Shown in pieces: positions 1 to 9,410 of a DNA stretch of 36,202 bases. The number at the start of each line of letters is the position of its first letter. Position 1 is the first letter of the stretch. The translations under genes and the position numbers were made by a program. Source of the DNA: an uncultured Sulfurovum sp. (lineage in GTDB: Bacteria > Campylobacterota > Campylobacteria > Campylobacterales > Sulfurovaceae); assembly GCA_902727905.1 (NCBI GenBank), contig CACVAR010000125.1, forward strand, positions 1-36,202, written 5' to 3'. The notes under the pieces were generated by a model, which saw only the letters and a program-made list of their open reading frames with translations, searched no databases and was not told the origin of the DNA.

Positions 1-2
1 AA

Positions 3-1031
3 CTCCATATAGAAGATTATAAGATGTTCAAAGATTTTGATATTGATTTTGTGGATGAAAATGATGAGGCTTTGCCTATTGTTGTTTTGGCTGGGGTTAA
101 TGGGAGTGGGAAGACTACTTTATTGGAAAGTATTTTTAGCCTTTCATCTATACTTTTTGAGAATGCTCTAAATAATGTGCTTGATAAGTTTTTTATTGAA
201 TTCGAACTTTTAAATCATATTAAAAAATATACTTCTGAGATAACACATAGTGATGTAAAAGAAGTTAAAAAGAATATATTGTATTTTTCAGTAGGTCAAA
301 ATCTTGAAGATATAAAAATATTTTTACCTAAGTATATTGCAAGTATGGTTTATGAATATGAGATACCTCCTGTTGAAGTTCATAAACAAGTTAGAGAGTA
401 TATTGATGATATTTTAAAAGAATTAAATCCTGGAATAGAGTTTGATAGTAGAGATGGAGAAGGAAACTTGTTTTTTAGAAATAAGGGTGGCGAGGATAAA
501 TTTTCAATTGATAATCTTTCAACAGGTGAAAAGACTCTTATCTCAAAAGTTTTATATATGTATTTAGCTGATATAAAAGATAAAGTAATCCTAATAGATG
601 AACCTGAATTATCCTTACATCCAAGCTGGCAAAACAAAGTCCTAAAAATCTATGAAAACTTTGTTGAAAAAAATAAGTGTCAAATTATTATAGCTACACA
701 CTCGCCTCATATTATAGGAAGTGCAAAACCTGAATATTTAAGAGTACTAAAAAAAGTAGATAATAAAATAGAAGTTGCTAAATATACTAAAAGTTATGGT
801 TTAGAATTTAATAAAATTTTAACGGACATAATGGGAGCAGAGACAAGAGTCTCAGATGTTAGTAAACGATTATCTATAATAAAATCTCTCATCATAAAAA
901 ATGATTTTGATTCTGATGAATTTAAAACAATATGGAGTGATTTAGAAAAGCTTTTAGGTGAAGATAATATAGATTTAAGACTCTTAAAACTTGAAATAGC
1001 ATCACGGAAAAAAAATGTTTCAAATAACTAA
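3..1031 (+). CDS. ABC-type (AAA_15/AAA_21-like) ATPase, PtuA/retron-effector-like; 5' end probably lies outside the window
   Basis: Frame open from base 3 (LHIEDYK-MFKDF); Walker A GVNGSGKT, signature LSTGE, Walker B ILIDEPELSLHP, H-loop ATHSP; overlaps the downstream HNH gene. Confidence 0.85.
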   Translation, partial: LHIEDYKMFKDFDIDFVDENDEALPIVVLAGVNGSGKTTLLESIFSLSSILFENALNNVLDKFFIEFELLNHIKKYTSEITHSDVKEVKKNILYFSVGQNLEDIKIFLPKYIASMVYEYEIPPVEVHKQVREYIDDILKELNPGIEFDSRDGEGNLFFRNKGGEDKFSIDNLSTGEKTLISKVLYMYLADIKDKVILIDEPELSLHPSWQNKVLKIYENFVEKNKCQIIIATHSPHIIGSAKPEYLRVLKKVDNKIEVAKYTKSYGLEFNKILTDIMGAETRVSDVSKRLSIIKSLIIKNDFDSDEFKTIWSDLEKLLGEDNIDLRLLKLEIASRKKNVSNN

Positions 1032-1626
1032 AGATGAACCTAAATATTTTACTTTGGCTAAATCTAAAGTAAAGTTACCAAAAGTAAAAGATGCTTGGAG
1101 TAATAAAAATATAAACTCTATAAGGGCTAGATTACGAGAAGATATCTTACTGAGAGAACAAAAAGGTTTATGTGTCTATTGTGAAAAAAAGATTAGCAGT
1201 AAAGCTAATGTTTCTAATATTGATCATTTTGAAACGCGTGACTTAGTTTCTGAAAAAACTTTAGACTATCAAAATTTATTCGTCTCCTGTAATGTTCAAC
1301 ATAGATGTTCATCTTTTAAAGATAGTAAAAAGAGTCCCTTAAAAACAAAAGATGATTATTGTAATATAGTGAACCCTGTTAGTGAAAATCCAAATGACTT
1401 TTTTGATTATCTTTTTTCAGGTGAGATAGTTCCTTTAAGTGATAAAGCAAAATTTACAATAGCGTTATTCAATTTAAACCATCAATCTTTATACGATGAA
1501 CGTAAGCTTTTAGCTGATACTTTAAAATATTGTTCTAATTTAACTTTAGATGAGATATATGAAAACTTTGGTTATGAATTTGAAAGTTTTATCAATAATG
1601 TTTATCCTAAATTAAAAGAGTTATAA
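1015..1626 (+). CDS. HNH endonuclease (TIGR02646/PtuB-like)
   Basis: EQKGLCVYCE, IDHF, YQNLFVSC...CSSFK, IVNP, TIALFNLN motifs; 17-nt overlap with the ATPase gene. Confidence 0.8.
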   Translation: MFQITKDEPKYFTLAKSKVKLPKVKDAWSNKNINSIRARLREDILLREQKGLCVYCEKKISSKANVSNIDHFETRDLVSEKTLDYQNLFVSCNVQHRCSSFKDSKKSPLKTKDDYCNIVNPVSENPNDFFDYLFSGEIVPLSDKAKFTIALFNLNHQSLYDERKLLADTLKYCSNLTLDEIYENFGYEFESFINNVYPKLKEL

Positions 1627-3036
1627 ATGCAACCCCTCTACCAATCCTGCTACCCCCTAGACCAACGATGCTACGATGACTACAACCTAACCGAAGACAT
1701 CCTAATGGAACACGCAGCCAATGGAATGGCTACTTATATAAAAGCCAATTTTTCAGAACAAAGTTCAGTTTTAATTGTTTGTGGTGTTGGTAACAATGGT
1801 GCAGATGGGATTGTCTTGGCTCGTTTATTACAAGGGATATATAATGTCAAACTTTATATTCCATTTGGGGTGCGCTCTGTTATGGCAGAGGTACAGTTGG
1901 AACGTGTACAATGTTTAGAAATTGACTTTGTTGATGAGGTTCAAGAAGCTGATGTAATTGTTGATGCAATTTTTGGTGCTGGACTTTCACGTGAACTTGA
2001 CGAGAAAACAAGAAAATTAATTGTTAAACTTGAAGCCTTAAATGGTTTTAAAATTGCTTGTGATGTTCCGACAGGTATTGATATAGATGGTAACCCTTTA
2101 CCTATGGCACTTTTTGTGGATGTAACCTTGACAATGGGTGCTTTAAAAGAGTGTTTATATACAGACATGGCAAAAGATTATGTGGGTGAAGTCATTTGTC
2201 TTGATTTGGGTGTTTCAAATGAGAAGTATGTAGAAGGATTTGAGAGTGATATAGCACTTTTAGAACCTTGTGATATGCACTTACCTAGTCGAACAAAAGG
2301 CAATACTCATAAAGGAACTTATGGACACTTGGCTGTCATAGTAGGAGCCAAAGAAGGAGCTTCTATTATGTCTTCATTGTCAGCTTTACGTTTTGGGGTA
2401 GGGCTTGTGACTATGGTTGGAGAAGTGGAAACCTCCTTGCCATTAGAAGTGATGCAAGATATTGAATTACCCTATAATACAACAGCCATTGCCTTTGGTA
2501 TGGGTTTTGATACTTTTGAAGATGATATAGTAGAAGATATTTTAGAAAGTGATGCCCCTTTGATTTTAGATGCAGGTCTTTTTTCTAATGAAATAGTTTT
2601 GGAGTTTTTAGAACAACGCGATAGAGAAGTTGTTTTGACACCTCATCCAAAAGAGTTTGTCTCTTTATGGAATATGACCATTGATACTCCTTTGAACATT
2701 GCCATACTTCAAGCCAATCGTTTTGAAAAAGTACGTGAGTTTTGCACGCTTTTTCCTCATGTAACTTTGTTACTCAAAGGAGCAAATACTATCATTGCTC
2801 AAGACAAGCAACTCTACATCAATCCTTATGGCAGTTCAAGGCTCGCAAAAGGTGGCTCTGGGGATGTTTTAGCTGGTTTAATTGGTTCACTTTTAGCACA
2901 AGGTTATGATGGATTGGAAGCTAGCATTCAAGCTTCTTTAGCTTTTACAGCTGCTGCAAAAGCTTATGGTGGGAGTTCTTATGCTATGCTTCCAACAGAT
3001 TTAATAGAGGAGATTGGTAAGCTTGAGAAAAATTAA
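1627..3036 (+). CDS. nnr: Bifunctional NAD(P)H-hydrate epimerase/dehydratase
   Basis: LMEHA, GVGNNGADG, DAIFGAG, DVPTG, HKGTYG, TPHPKEF, KGGSGDVLAG; next to purN. Confidence 0.93.
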   Translation: MQPLYQSCYPLDQRCYDDYNLTEDILMEHAANGMATYIKANFSEQSSVLIVCGVGNNGADGIVLARLLQGIYNVKLYIPFGVRSVMAEVQLERVQCLEIDFVDEVQEADVIVDAIFGAGLSRELDEKTRKLIVKLEALNGFKIACDVPTGIDIDGNPLPMALFVDVTLTMGALKECLYTDMAKDYVGEVICLDLGVSNEKYVEGFESDIALLEPCDMHLPSRTKGNTHKGTYGHLAVIVGAKEGASIMSSLSALRFGVGLVTMVGEVETSLPLEVMQDIELPYNTTAIAFGMGFDTFEDDIVEDILESDAPLILDAGLFSNEIVLEFLEQRDREVVLTPHPKEFVSLWNMTIDTPLNIAILQANRFEKVREFCTLFPHVTLLLKGANTIIAQDKQLYINPYGSSRLAKGGSGDVLAGLIGSLLAQGYDGLEASIQASLAFTAAAKAYGGSSYAMLPTDLIEEIGKLEKN

Positions 3037-3059
3037 AATTTACTGCAGGGAGGCACTAA

Positions 3060-3626
3060 ATGCCGAGTCGTAAAAAGATAGCCGTATTATTTAGTGGAAC
3101 AGGATCAAATTTACAATATATTTTAGAAAATTTGCATAATAAAGAGGTTGAAGTAGTTGTTGCGTTGACTAACAAAGCAGATGCTGGGGGCATTGCTTTT
3201 GCTAAAGAACATAATATTGCTCTTGAGATTATTGAGTCTGCTTCTTTTGAAACACGAGAAGCTTTTGATGCTGAAATTGTTCATGCCTTACACTATTATA
3301 AGCCTGACTTAACAGTATTGGCTGGATTCATGAGAATTTTAACACCTACTTTTACTGAACAGATAAAAGCCATTAACTTACATCCTTCACTTCTTCCTCT
3401 TCATAAAGGTCTAATGGCAATAGAACGCTCTTATGATGATGAAAATGAGACAGGAGGTGTGACGGTTCATTGGGTAACTTCAGAGCTTGATGCTGGTGGG
3501 GTTATTTTACAAAAAGAGGTACAAAAAGAGAGTAAATCTTTTGATGAGTATCAATCGGAAGTTAAAGGCATAGAGAAAGTAGCACTAGCAGAAGGTGTTA
3601 TGGTAGCATTAAACAGTTTGGACTAA
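3060..3626 (+). CDS. purN: Phosphoribosylglycinamide formyltransferase
   Basis: VLFSGTGSNL, LAGFMRIL, NLHPSLLP, GVTVHWV..ELDAG. Confidence 0.95.
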   Translation: MPSRKKIAVLFSGTGSNLQYILENLHNKEVEVVVALTNKADAGGIAFAKEHNIALEIIESASFETREAFDAEIVHALHYYKPDLTVLAGFMRILTPTFTEQIKAINLHPSLLPLHKGLMAIERSYDDENETGGVTVHWVTSELDAGGVILQKEVQKESKSFDEYQSEVKGIEKVALAEGVMVALNSLD

Positions 3627-3662
3627 TTTTCCAAACAAATCAAAGAATGAAAAGGAAATAGG

Positions 3663-4091
3663 ATGAAAAATATATTAGGAATTGTGGCAGTTGTAGGATT
3701 AATGAGTGGTTGTGTTCCAGCACCAAAACCTCAAACAACGATTGGATTAGGAACAGGAATAGGAATACCACAGGCTTCAGCTTCTGCTTATGGTTTAAAA
3801 CCACATCGTTATGAGATGGCAATTAAGAATTATTTTTCAACAAAGTTGACACGTGGTGAGGCTGGTCAGTACAAGTTTGGAGAACCGAAACGTGCTTACA
3901 AACAAAAAGGTTTTGCTTATGGTGGTGAACTTGCTTGGAAAGGTTGGTTGGTAGAGACTTCTGTTGCAACACCATCAAGAACTGGAAGATACTTAACACC
4001 TAAACCTTATATGGTACTTTTTAAGGGGGAACAGATAGTAGAGCATATATTAGGGAACTCACATAAGCTGTTAACTAAAGTAGACAAGTAA
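3663..4091 (+). CDS. Hypothetical lipoprotein
   Basis: Lipobox-like LMSGC after a hydrophobic stretch; RBS upstream. Confidence 0.7.
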   Translation: MKNILGIVAVVGLMSGCVPAPKPQTTIGLGTGIGIPQASASAYGLKPHRYEMAIKNYFSTKLTRGEAGQYKFGEPKRAYKQKGFAYGGELAWKGWLVETSVATPSRTGRYLTPKPYMVLFKGEQIVEHILGNSHKLLTKVDK

Positions 4092-4092
4092 A

Positions 4093-4821
4093 ATGGCAAA
4101 TTTTAACACACACTTTACCGTAGCAGCAACAGCTTCGGCTGTTGTTTCAGCCACTTTACTCTCTATGGAAGTTGTGACACCTGAACAAGCTGTTATAGCT
4201 TTTGGTATTGGAACACTGGGTGGACTTTTACCTGATGTTGACTCTGCTCACTCAACCTCCATTAAGGTAGGTTTTAATGTCCTTTCTTTACTCATGACAA
4301 TTATGCTTATATTTGTTAAGTCTTCTACTTATTCCTTAATAGAGATGGCAGTCGTTTCTGTACTTGTATTTATGGGAATACGTTATGCGTTTTTAGAGTT
4401 TTTTCGTAAAATTTCAAAACATAGAGGGATGTTTCATACCATACCTGTAGCGATGATTTGGGGAATTGTGGTTGCTTCCATGTGCCAATGGTTTTTTGAC
4501 TTAAACTCACTTGTTTCATGGGTATATGGTTTTATGGTTACATGGGGTTATATTGTACATCTTATTTTGGATGAAACCTATAGTGTTGACTTAGGAAACA
4601 GACGTATGAAAAGGTCTTCTGGAACGGCTTTTAAGTTTGGAATGTTTAAAACAAGAAATCAAAAGATTCAAACAGCCATTGTTTATGCATCCATACCACT
4701 TCTATTACTGTTTGTTGCACCCAATACAGATTTAGTACAAACAGCTATTTTCTCAGAAGAAGCTTGGTTAAATTTTAAAGACATTATCATCCCTCATGAT
4801 GGGCGTTGGTTTTTTCATTAA
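4093..4821 (+). CDS. Membrane-bound metal-dependent hydrolase (YdjM/DUF457-like)
   Basis: FNTH, LPDVDS, HRGMFHT, HLILDE motifs; several TM segments. Confidence 0.8.
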   Translation: MANFNTHFTVAATASAVVSATLLSMEVVTPEQAVIAFGIGTLGGLLPDVDSAHSTSIKVGFNVLSLLMTIMLIFVKSSTYSLIEMAVVSVLVFMGIRYAFLEFFRKISKHRGMFHTIPVAMIWGIVVASMCQWFFDLNSLVSWVYGFMVTWGYIVHLILDETYSVDLGNRRMKRSSGTAFKFGMFKTRNQKIQTAIVYASIPLLLLFVAPNTDLVQTAIFSEEAWLNFKDIIIPHDGRWFFH

Positions 4822-4870
4822 GTTAAATGAAACAGTGTATAATTTTTAAAAAATATAAGGTAAAAATAAT

Positions 4871-5212
4871 ATGACAATATACGGTATAAAAACATGTTCA
4901 ACAGTAGGAAAAGCTAGAAAGTTTATGAGAGACAATGGCATTGAGTTTGACTTTGTGGACTACAAAGAGACACAAGTAGGTGAAGAAAAAGTTCGTGAAT
5001 GGTTAAAACAGATAGACATGAAAGTGCTTTTTAACACACGTGGAACAAAGTACCGTGACCTCAAACTCAAAGAGCTAAATCTTGATGATGAAGGTAAAAT
5101 CGAATGGATGGCAAAAGAGAACTATTTACTTAAACGTCCAGTTATTGAATATGGTGACGGTAAGGTTCATGTGGCTTATGATGAAGAGGTTTATAGGGAG
5201 ACTTTTTTATAG
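4871..5212 (+). CDS. ArsC/Spx family protein (YffB-like)
   Basis: YGIKTCSTVGKA, NTRGTKYR, LLKRPVI. Confidence 0.88.
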   Translation: MTIYGIKTCSTVGKARKFMRDNGIEFDFVDYKETQVGEEKVREWLKQIDMKVLFNTRGTKYRDLKLKELNLDDEGKIEWMAKENYLLKRPVIEYGDGKVHVAYDEEVYRETFL

Positions 5213-5302
5213 TTTTTTATATATACCGTTTTTGAGTATAAGTTACTTTTTTAGTCTATCTAAGCTATAATATTCCTACAAATCGTAGTAAAAGGAATAA
5301 GT

Positions 5303-5626
5303 ATGCAAACGGTAGCCATAAGAGATTTAAAAAATAATCCCTCTTCTATGACAAAATATCTTGATGAGGGAGATTCTGTTTTTGTAACAAGACATGGTAA
5401 GCCAATAGGTATTACACTTCCATTGAATGATGATGTTTTTTCTATGGGTGTAAAAAAAACAGTTGCTATTGAGCTTTATAAGATGGAAATAATTTCTCTT
5501 GGTAAAATGGCAGAGATGTTAGAAATACCTAAACAAGAAGCGATGAGTTTGCTAAATAGCTTGAACATTACATGGATAGAAGATGATGTGGAGAGCATTA
5601 AAGCAGAGACTAATAAATGGCTTTAA
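5303..5626 (+). CDS. Antitoxin: Phd/YefM-like N-terminus fused to a UPF0175-like domain
   Basis: VAIRDLKNNPS...VFVTRHGKP (Phd-like); AIELYK..ISLGKMAEML (UPF0175-like); overlaps the PIN gene. Confidence 0.75.
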   Translation: MQTVAIRDLKNNPSSMTKYLDEGDSVFVTRHGKPIGITLPLNDDVFSMGVKKTVAIELYKMEIISLGKMAEMLEIPKQEAMSLLNSLNITWIEDDVESIKAETNKWL

Positions 5627-6105
5627 ACTCCATTGTCATTTCTGACAGTACAACACTTATCTCTCTTATAAATATTGAGAGATTTGAACTTCTTTTTAAA
5701 TTCTCAGAAACCATCATTATTACACCTTCTGTTTATAGTGAAGTAACCATTCAAAAGAGGGCTAAACAGATTGTAGATGAATATATTTCTATTTCAAGAA
5801 TAACGGTGAAGGAAGTCGAAAATCAAAAAAAAGTAAAAGAGCTTTTGATTCGTTTAGATTTGGGAGAGTCAGAGTCAATTGTATTGGCTGAAGAGCAAAA
5901 GTTACCTCTTATCATAGATGAAAAAAGAGGTAAAAACATTGCTACCTCTATGGGTTTAGATGTTATTGGTTTGATTGGCATATTGTTAATTTATAAAAAG
6001 AAGACTTATCTTAGTAACGATGAAATAAAAGAGATAGTGGAAGAGTTAAGAACAATTAGTTTTAGGGTTTCTGATGGCTTGTTGAGGTTGCTTTTGGAGG
6101 GTTAA
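5617..6105 (+). CDS. DUF3368-family PIN-domain toxin
   Basis: VISDSTTLI, VYSEV, LDLGESESIVLA, IIDEKRG, GLIGIL. Confidence 0.82.
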   Translation: MALNSIVISDSTTLISLINIERFELLFKFSETIIITPSVYSEVTIQKRAKQIVDEYISISRITVKEVENQKKVKELLIRLDLGESESIVLAEEQKLPLIIDEKRGKNIATSMGLDVIGLIGILLIYKKKTYLSNDEIKEIVEELRTISFRVSDGLLRLLLEG

Positions 6106-6118
6106 AGATATCTGATGT

Positions 6119-6162
6119 TTGACATAACCCTAAAAATAGTATATACTATAAAATATATACTA
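6119..6162 (+). promoter_or_regulatory. Sigma70 promoter of vapBC with overlapping operator palindrome
   Basis: TTGACA (6119-6124), 17 bp, TATACT (6142-6147); perfect palindrome ATAGTATATACTAT (6136-6149) plus a second TATATACTA copy just downstream. Confidence 0.8.
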
Positions 6163-6175
6163 AAAGGAGCATATC

Positions 6176-6415
6176 ATGATGGCAACTGCAAAACTTTTTC
6201 AAAATGGTCAAAGTCAAGCTGTTCGGCTACCTAAAGAGTTTAGGTTTGAGAATTTAAAAGAAGTGTTTATTAAAAAGGTAAATGGCATGGTTGTGTTAAT
6301 GCCTAAGTCCGATAAAACGGTATGGGATAAAATGTTTAATAACCTTGATAACTTCTCAGATGATTTTATGGAGACGAGAACAGAACCTCAACAGAAACGT
6401 GAGGAACTCTTTTGA
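6176..6415 (+). CDS. vapB: VapB antitoxin (AbrB/SpoVT fold)
   Basis: AKLFQNGQSQAVRLPKEFRF; acidic tail FSDDFM..R..Q.RE. Confidence 0.9.
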   Translation: MMATAKLFQNGQSQAVRLPKEFRFENLKEVFIKKVNGMVVLMPKSDKTVWDKMFNNLDNFSDDFMETRTEPQQKREELF

Positions 6416-6813
6416 AAAGAATGATGTTAGATACTAATATTTGTATTTACATTATTAAAAATAAGCCTGAAAGTGTTAAAAAACGATTTAGAGAGTTTGA
6501 AATTGGTGGACTATGTATTTCCAGTATAACCGTTTCAGAGTTGATGTATGGTGCGTATAAAAGTCAACAGACAGAGAAAAATCTACAAGCTTTAGAGAGT
6601 TTTTTGATGCCATTTGAGATAGTGGACTATGACTATGTAGCCTCTATTGAGTATGGAAAGATTAGAGCTGGTTTGGAGAAAAAAGGTCAAGTCATTGGTA
6701 ATATGGATATGCAAATAGCAGGACATGCATTGGCTTTAGATATAACACTTGTTAGCAATAATACAAAAGAGTTCATACGTATTGATGGATTAGGTTTAGA
6801 TAATTGGGCTTGA
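6412..6813 (+). CDS. vapC: VapC PIN-domain ribonuclease toxin
   Basis: MLDTNICIY, SELMYG, MDMQIAGHA, VSNNTKEF; TTGA start/stop overlap with vapB. Confidence 0.9.
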   Translation: MKRMMLDTNICIYIIKNKPESVKKRFREFEIGGLCISSITVSELMYGAYKSQQTEKNLQALESFLMPFEIVDYDYVASIEYGKIRAGLEKKGQVIGNMDMQIAGHALALDITLVSNNTKEFIRIDGLGLDNWA

Positions 6814-6860
6814 ATCAATAAAGAGACTTTTTTATAGTACAAATATTGCTATAATAAAAC

Positions 6861-8000
6861 ATGAAAACATTAACAAAAACATTATTTTTCTTAGTACTTG
6901 TATCACAAGCACTTTTGGCGAGTAGTGATTACATTTTAGAAACTTATATTCCCATTGCAAATCCTCAGGCAGAACTGGAAGATGAAGATGGGATACAACT
7001 TCATAAAGTTCCCTTTTATACTTTTTATTCTTATGAAGAATCAGCTATTGGTTCTGTTGTTTGGGAATACATAGTAAACACACCTCATAAAAGATTTAAA
7101 AACACTGATATTAACTTAGCCAATATAGAGGGCTTAAAAGTTGAGCTTGACTACTCAAATGAAAAGAGCTGTAGAGTTTTGATAGACAGCAGTAGTGTTG
7201 TTCATAACTACACCTCAAATCAATTTGAGAAGATTTTACGTTATGTTAAAAAGGCAACTCAACTTAATTTAAAAAATGCAAAATTAAATTGTTCTATAGA
7301 AGAAAAATGTTTATCTATTGGAAGAGAACTACCTAAACCTTTAGCTTTGGAATCAGCAGTAGATACACTCTTTTCTGACCATAAACTAGGACATCCTCAA
7401 CTTCATTTCTTGTATGACAAAGTTTACCTTTTAGGAAAAAGTAAAACCAAGATAGCTTATGCGATTGAGTATGATACTGATCCAGCCGATTTAGTAAAGG
7501 TTGAAACCTTTATTCAAGACCTTGTTAATGATGAAATTATTTGGAAAGATTTGTATGAAAAAGATACTTATAAAAATGATGTCAGTTTTTCGACTTATTG
7601 GACAAGTAAAAAAGCACTTATCTCTAAGAAATTAGAGCATTATGGATTGACACCTTTTAATGTTCCAAAATTAGAAAGAGGAGCGATTCATTATCAGAAT
7701 GATGTGTTAAGGCTTAACTCTTCGGTTAAAAAGAGTTGGTCAAAGGATTGGGCTTCGAGTTTTTTAGAGCAGTCAACTATCTTCTTGCATTCAAAGTTAC
7801 AAGGAGAAAAACGTGTGAATTTTCAAAAGTATGTAGTACCCTCACATATACTAGATAGAAAACCAATAGGCTATATAAACTTAGATGAAAACAATAAACG
7901 CATTGCGATTGTGGTTGCTAAAGTTCAACGAGGTTGGGAAGGACCACCTCATAACATAAGTTATGAGTTTGTTGGTGCGAATTTAAAAGTTGGGTTTTAA
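6861..8000 (+). CDS. Secreted hypothetical protein
   Basis: Signal peptide MKTLTK...QALLA; C-terminal RGWEGPP motif; 379-aa ORF. Confidence 0.7.
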   Translation: MKTLTKTLFFLVLVSQALLASSDYILETYIPIANPQAELEDEDGIQLHKVPFYTFYSYEESAIGSVVWEYIVNTPHKRFKNTDINLANIEGLKVELDYSNEKSCRVLIDSSSVVHNYTSNQFEKILRYVKKATQLNLKNAKLNCSIEEKCLSIGRELPKPLALESAVDTLFSDHKLGHPQLHFLYDKVYLLGKSKTKIAYAIEYDTDPADLVKVETFIQDLVNDEIIWKDLYEKDTYKNDVSFSTYWTSKKALISKKLEHYGLTPFNVPKLERGAIHYQNDVLRLNSSVKKSWSKDWASSFLEQSTIFLHSKLQGEKRVNFQKYVVPSHILDRKPIGYINLDENNKRIAIVVAKVQRGWEGPPHNISYEFVGANLKVGF

Positions 8001-9298
8001 TTGTTAGTATTGCTTGCCTTTGATGGAGTACATATACCATTGTTATAAGACCCAACAGTACGAATTAGCTCATCTTTTGTAGCTTCAACACGTTTACCAG
8101 AAAGTTCACTTTCAAGTACTCTACGGATAAGTTGGTCAAGTCTTGTCACTTGGTAACAAGCTACTTTTGGCTCCTCATGGCTGTTTCCTATGCCTGAGTC
8201 ATCGGTTAAAAATAGATGGCGACCTTCTGTTAAAAGGGCTAAATGACGCATAACAAATTCAGCTTTTTCAGCCACGCCACTAGCCCCTATAGGGTAGACT
8301 CGAACAGCTTTGTCACGTGCTTCTTTAATGAGAGGAAGCATTTTTTGCATATCTTCATCGTGAGGTGGTGCATCAGCTACTAAAAACATAATACGTACAC
8401 CATCTTCTGCAGCCCATGAGGCTTCAAGTCCTTTTTGAATACCTTTGTCCATCGCTTCAGGGTAGTCACCTCCACCATTTGCAGATTGTGCAGCGAGTTG
8501 TTCTTTCATTTTTTGTGTTTCTGAAGTAAAGGCAAAGTCTTTAACAACATAGTCATCTCCTTTATCTTTGTAAAGGGTTAATCCAAAACGTATGTCGACA
8601 TTAGGGTATTTGTTTTTTATATTTGAAACGATTGATTCAAACTCTTTAGCCAAATATTCCATCTCGTCACTCATACTTCCTGTAGTGTCTATGACAAACA
8701 TTAAGTCTAAACTTTTTACGGCTGTCGCTGAGTTGTTAATGGTGATGGTTTTTTCATTTGTTGTGTCAAAGTTTATGGGTACAACTTGATTCGCTATTGT
8801 AATGGAATCTATGTTCTGAGTATCATCAACAGAAGGAAAAAGATGTAGGATTCCTGCACTATTTGTGTATCGTGTGGTACTGCCTACAAGAACTTTAGCA
8901 CGATTAACTGCTTGATTATTACGGTCAACAACCTTTAGTTTTAAACGCTTTTTAGTAGAGATGAAAGGAAGAGGTGTCTCTTTTTTTCTTTGCAGTACTT
9001 TGTCAACATACTTTTGAAAATACTCTAAGTTAAGATTGTCATCAATCTCTCCAGCTGTAAGCATACCAGACTGCACTTCTCTTTTGGGAGGTAGAGGTTT
9101 TGGTGGCAATTCTTCTTTAGGTACACTTGTACTTTCGGTTGCTACAGGAGCAGGGGGTGGTATTGCCATGTCTGCTTCTCGTGACATTGATGGCATTGAC
9201 ATTTCTGATACTGTGCCAGCCATAGGGCTATGCCCTTTGTTTAGACAACCTGTAAAAAGAAGTAAGAGTGTTAGGATGAGAAAGTTTTTATAGTGCAT
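7997..9298 (-). CDS. VWA-domain lipoprotein
   Basis: Lipobox LFTGC; Pro-rich linker; MIDAS DTTGSM; GGGDYPEA; LVADAPPH. Confidence 0.85.
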   Translation of the reverse strand: MHYKNFLILTLLLLFTGCLNKGHSPMAGTVSEMSMPSMSREADMAIPPPAPVATESTSVPKEELPPKPLPPKREVQSGMLTAGEIDDNLNLEYFQKYVDKVLQRKKETPLPFISTKKRLKLKVVDRNNQAVNRAKVLVGSTTRYTNSAGILHLFPSVDDTQNIDSITIANQVVPINFDTTNEKTITINNSATAVKSLDLMFVIDTTGSMSDEMEYLAKEFESIVSNIKNKYPNVDIRFGLTLYKDKGDDYVVKDFAFTSETQKMKEQLAAQSANGGGDYPEAMDKGIQKGLEASWAAEDGVRIMFLVADAPPHDEDMQKMLPLIKEARDKAVRVYPIGASGVAEKAEFVMRHLALLTEGRHLFLTDDSGIGNSHEEPKVACYQVTRLDQLIRRVLESELSGKRVEATKDELIRTVGSYNNGICTPSKASNTNN

Positions 9299-9410
9299 GT
9301 ATATCCTTTATAAAGCAGAGATAGTAAAACTATATCCTAGTATAGAAGGGTGAACAAAGTCAAGTTTCTTTGGTTATAATCGAAAAAATCTTAACGAAAC
9401 TGAGTCTCCA

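Noticed and set aside
1008-1015. A8 run at the ATPase/HNH overlap as a phase-variation or frameshift site
   Set aside because: A/T runs of this length are common in this AT-rich sequence; both ORFs look intact
1-1626. Complete retron
   Set aside because: No RT or msr-msd visible; any such part would lie upstream of the window
4871-5212. Arsenic-resistance locus
   Set aside because: YffB/Spx-like motif (CSTV) and no arsR, arsB or acr3 neighbours
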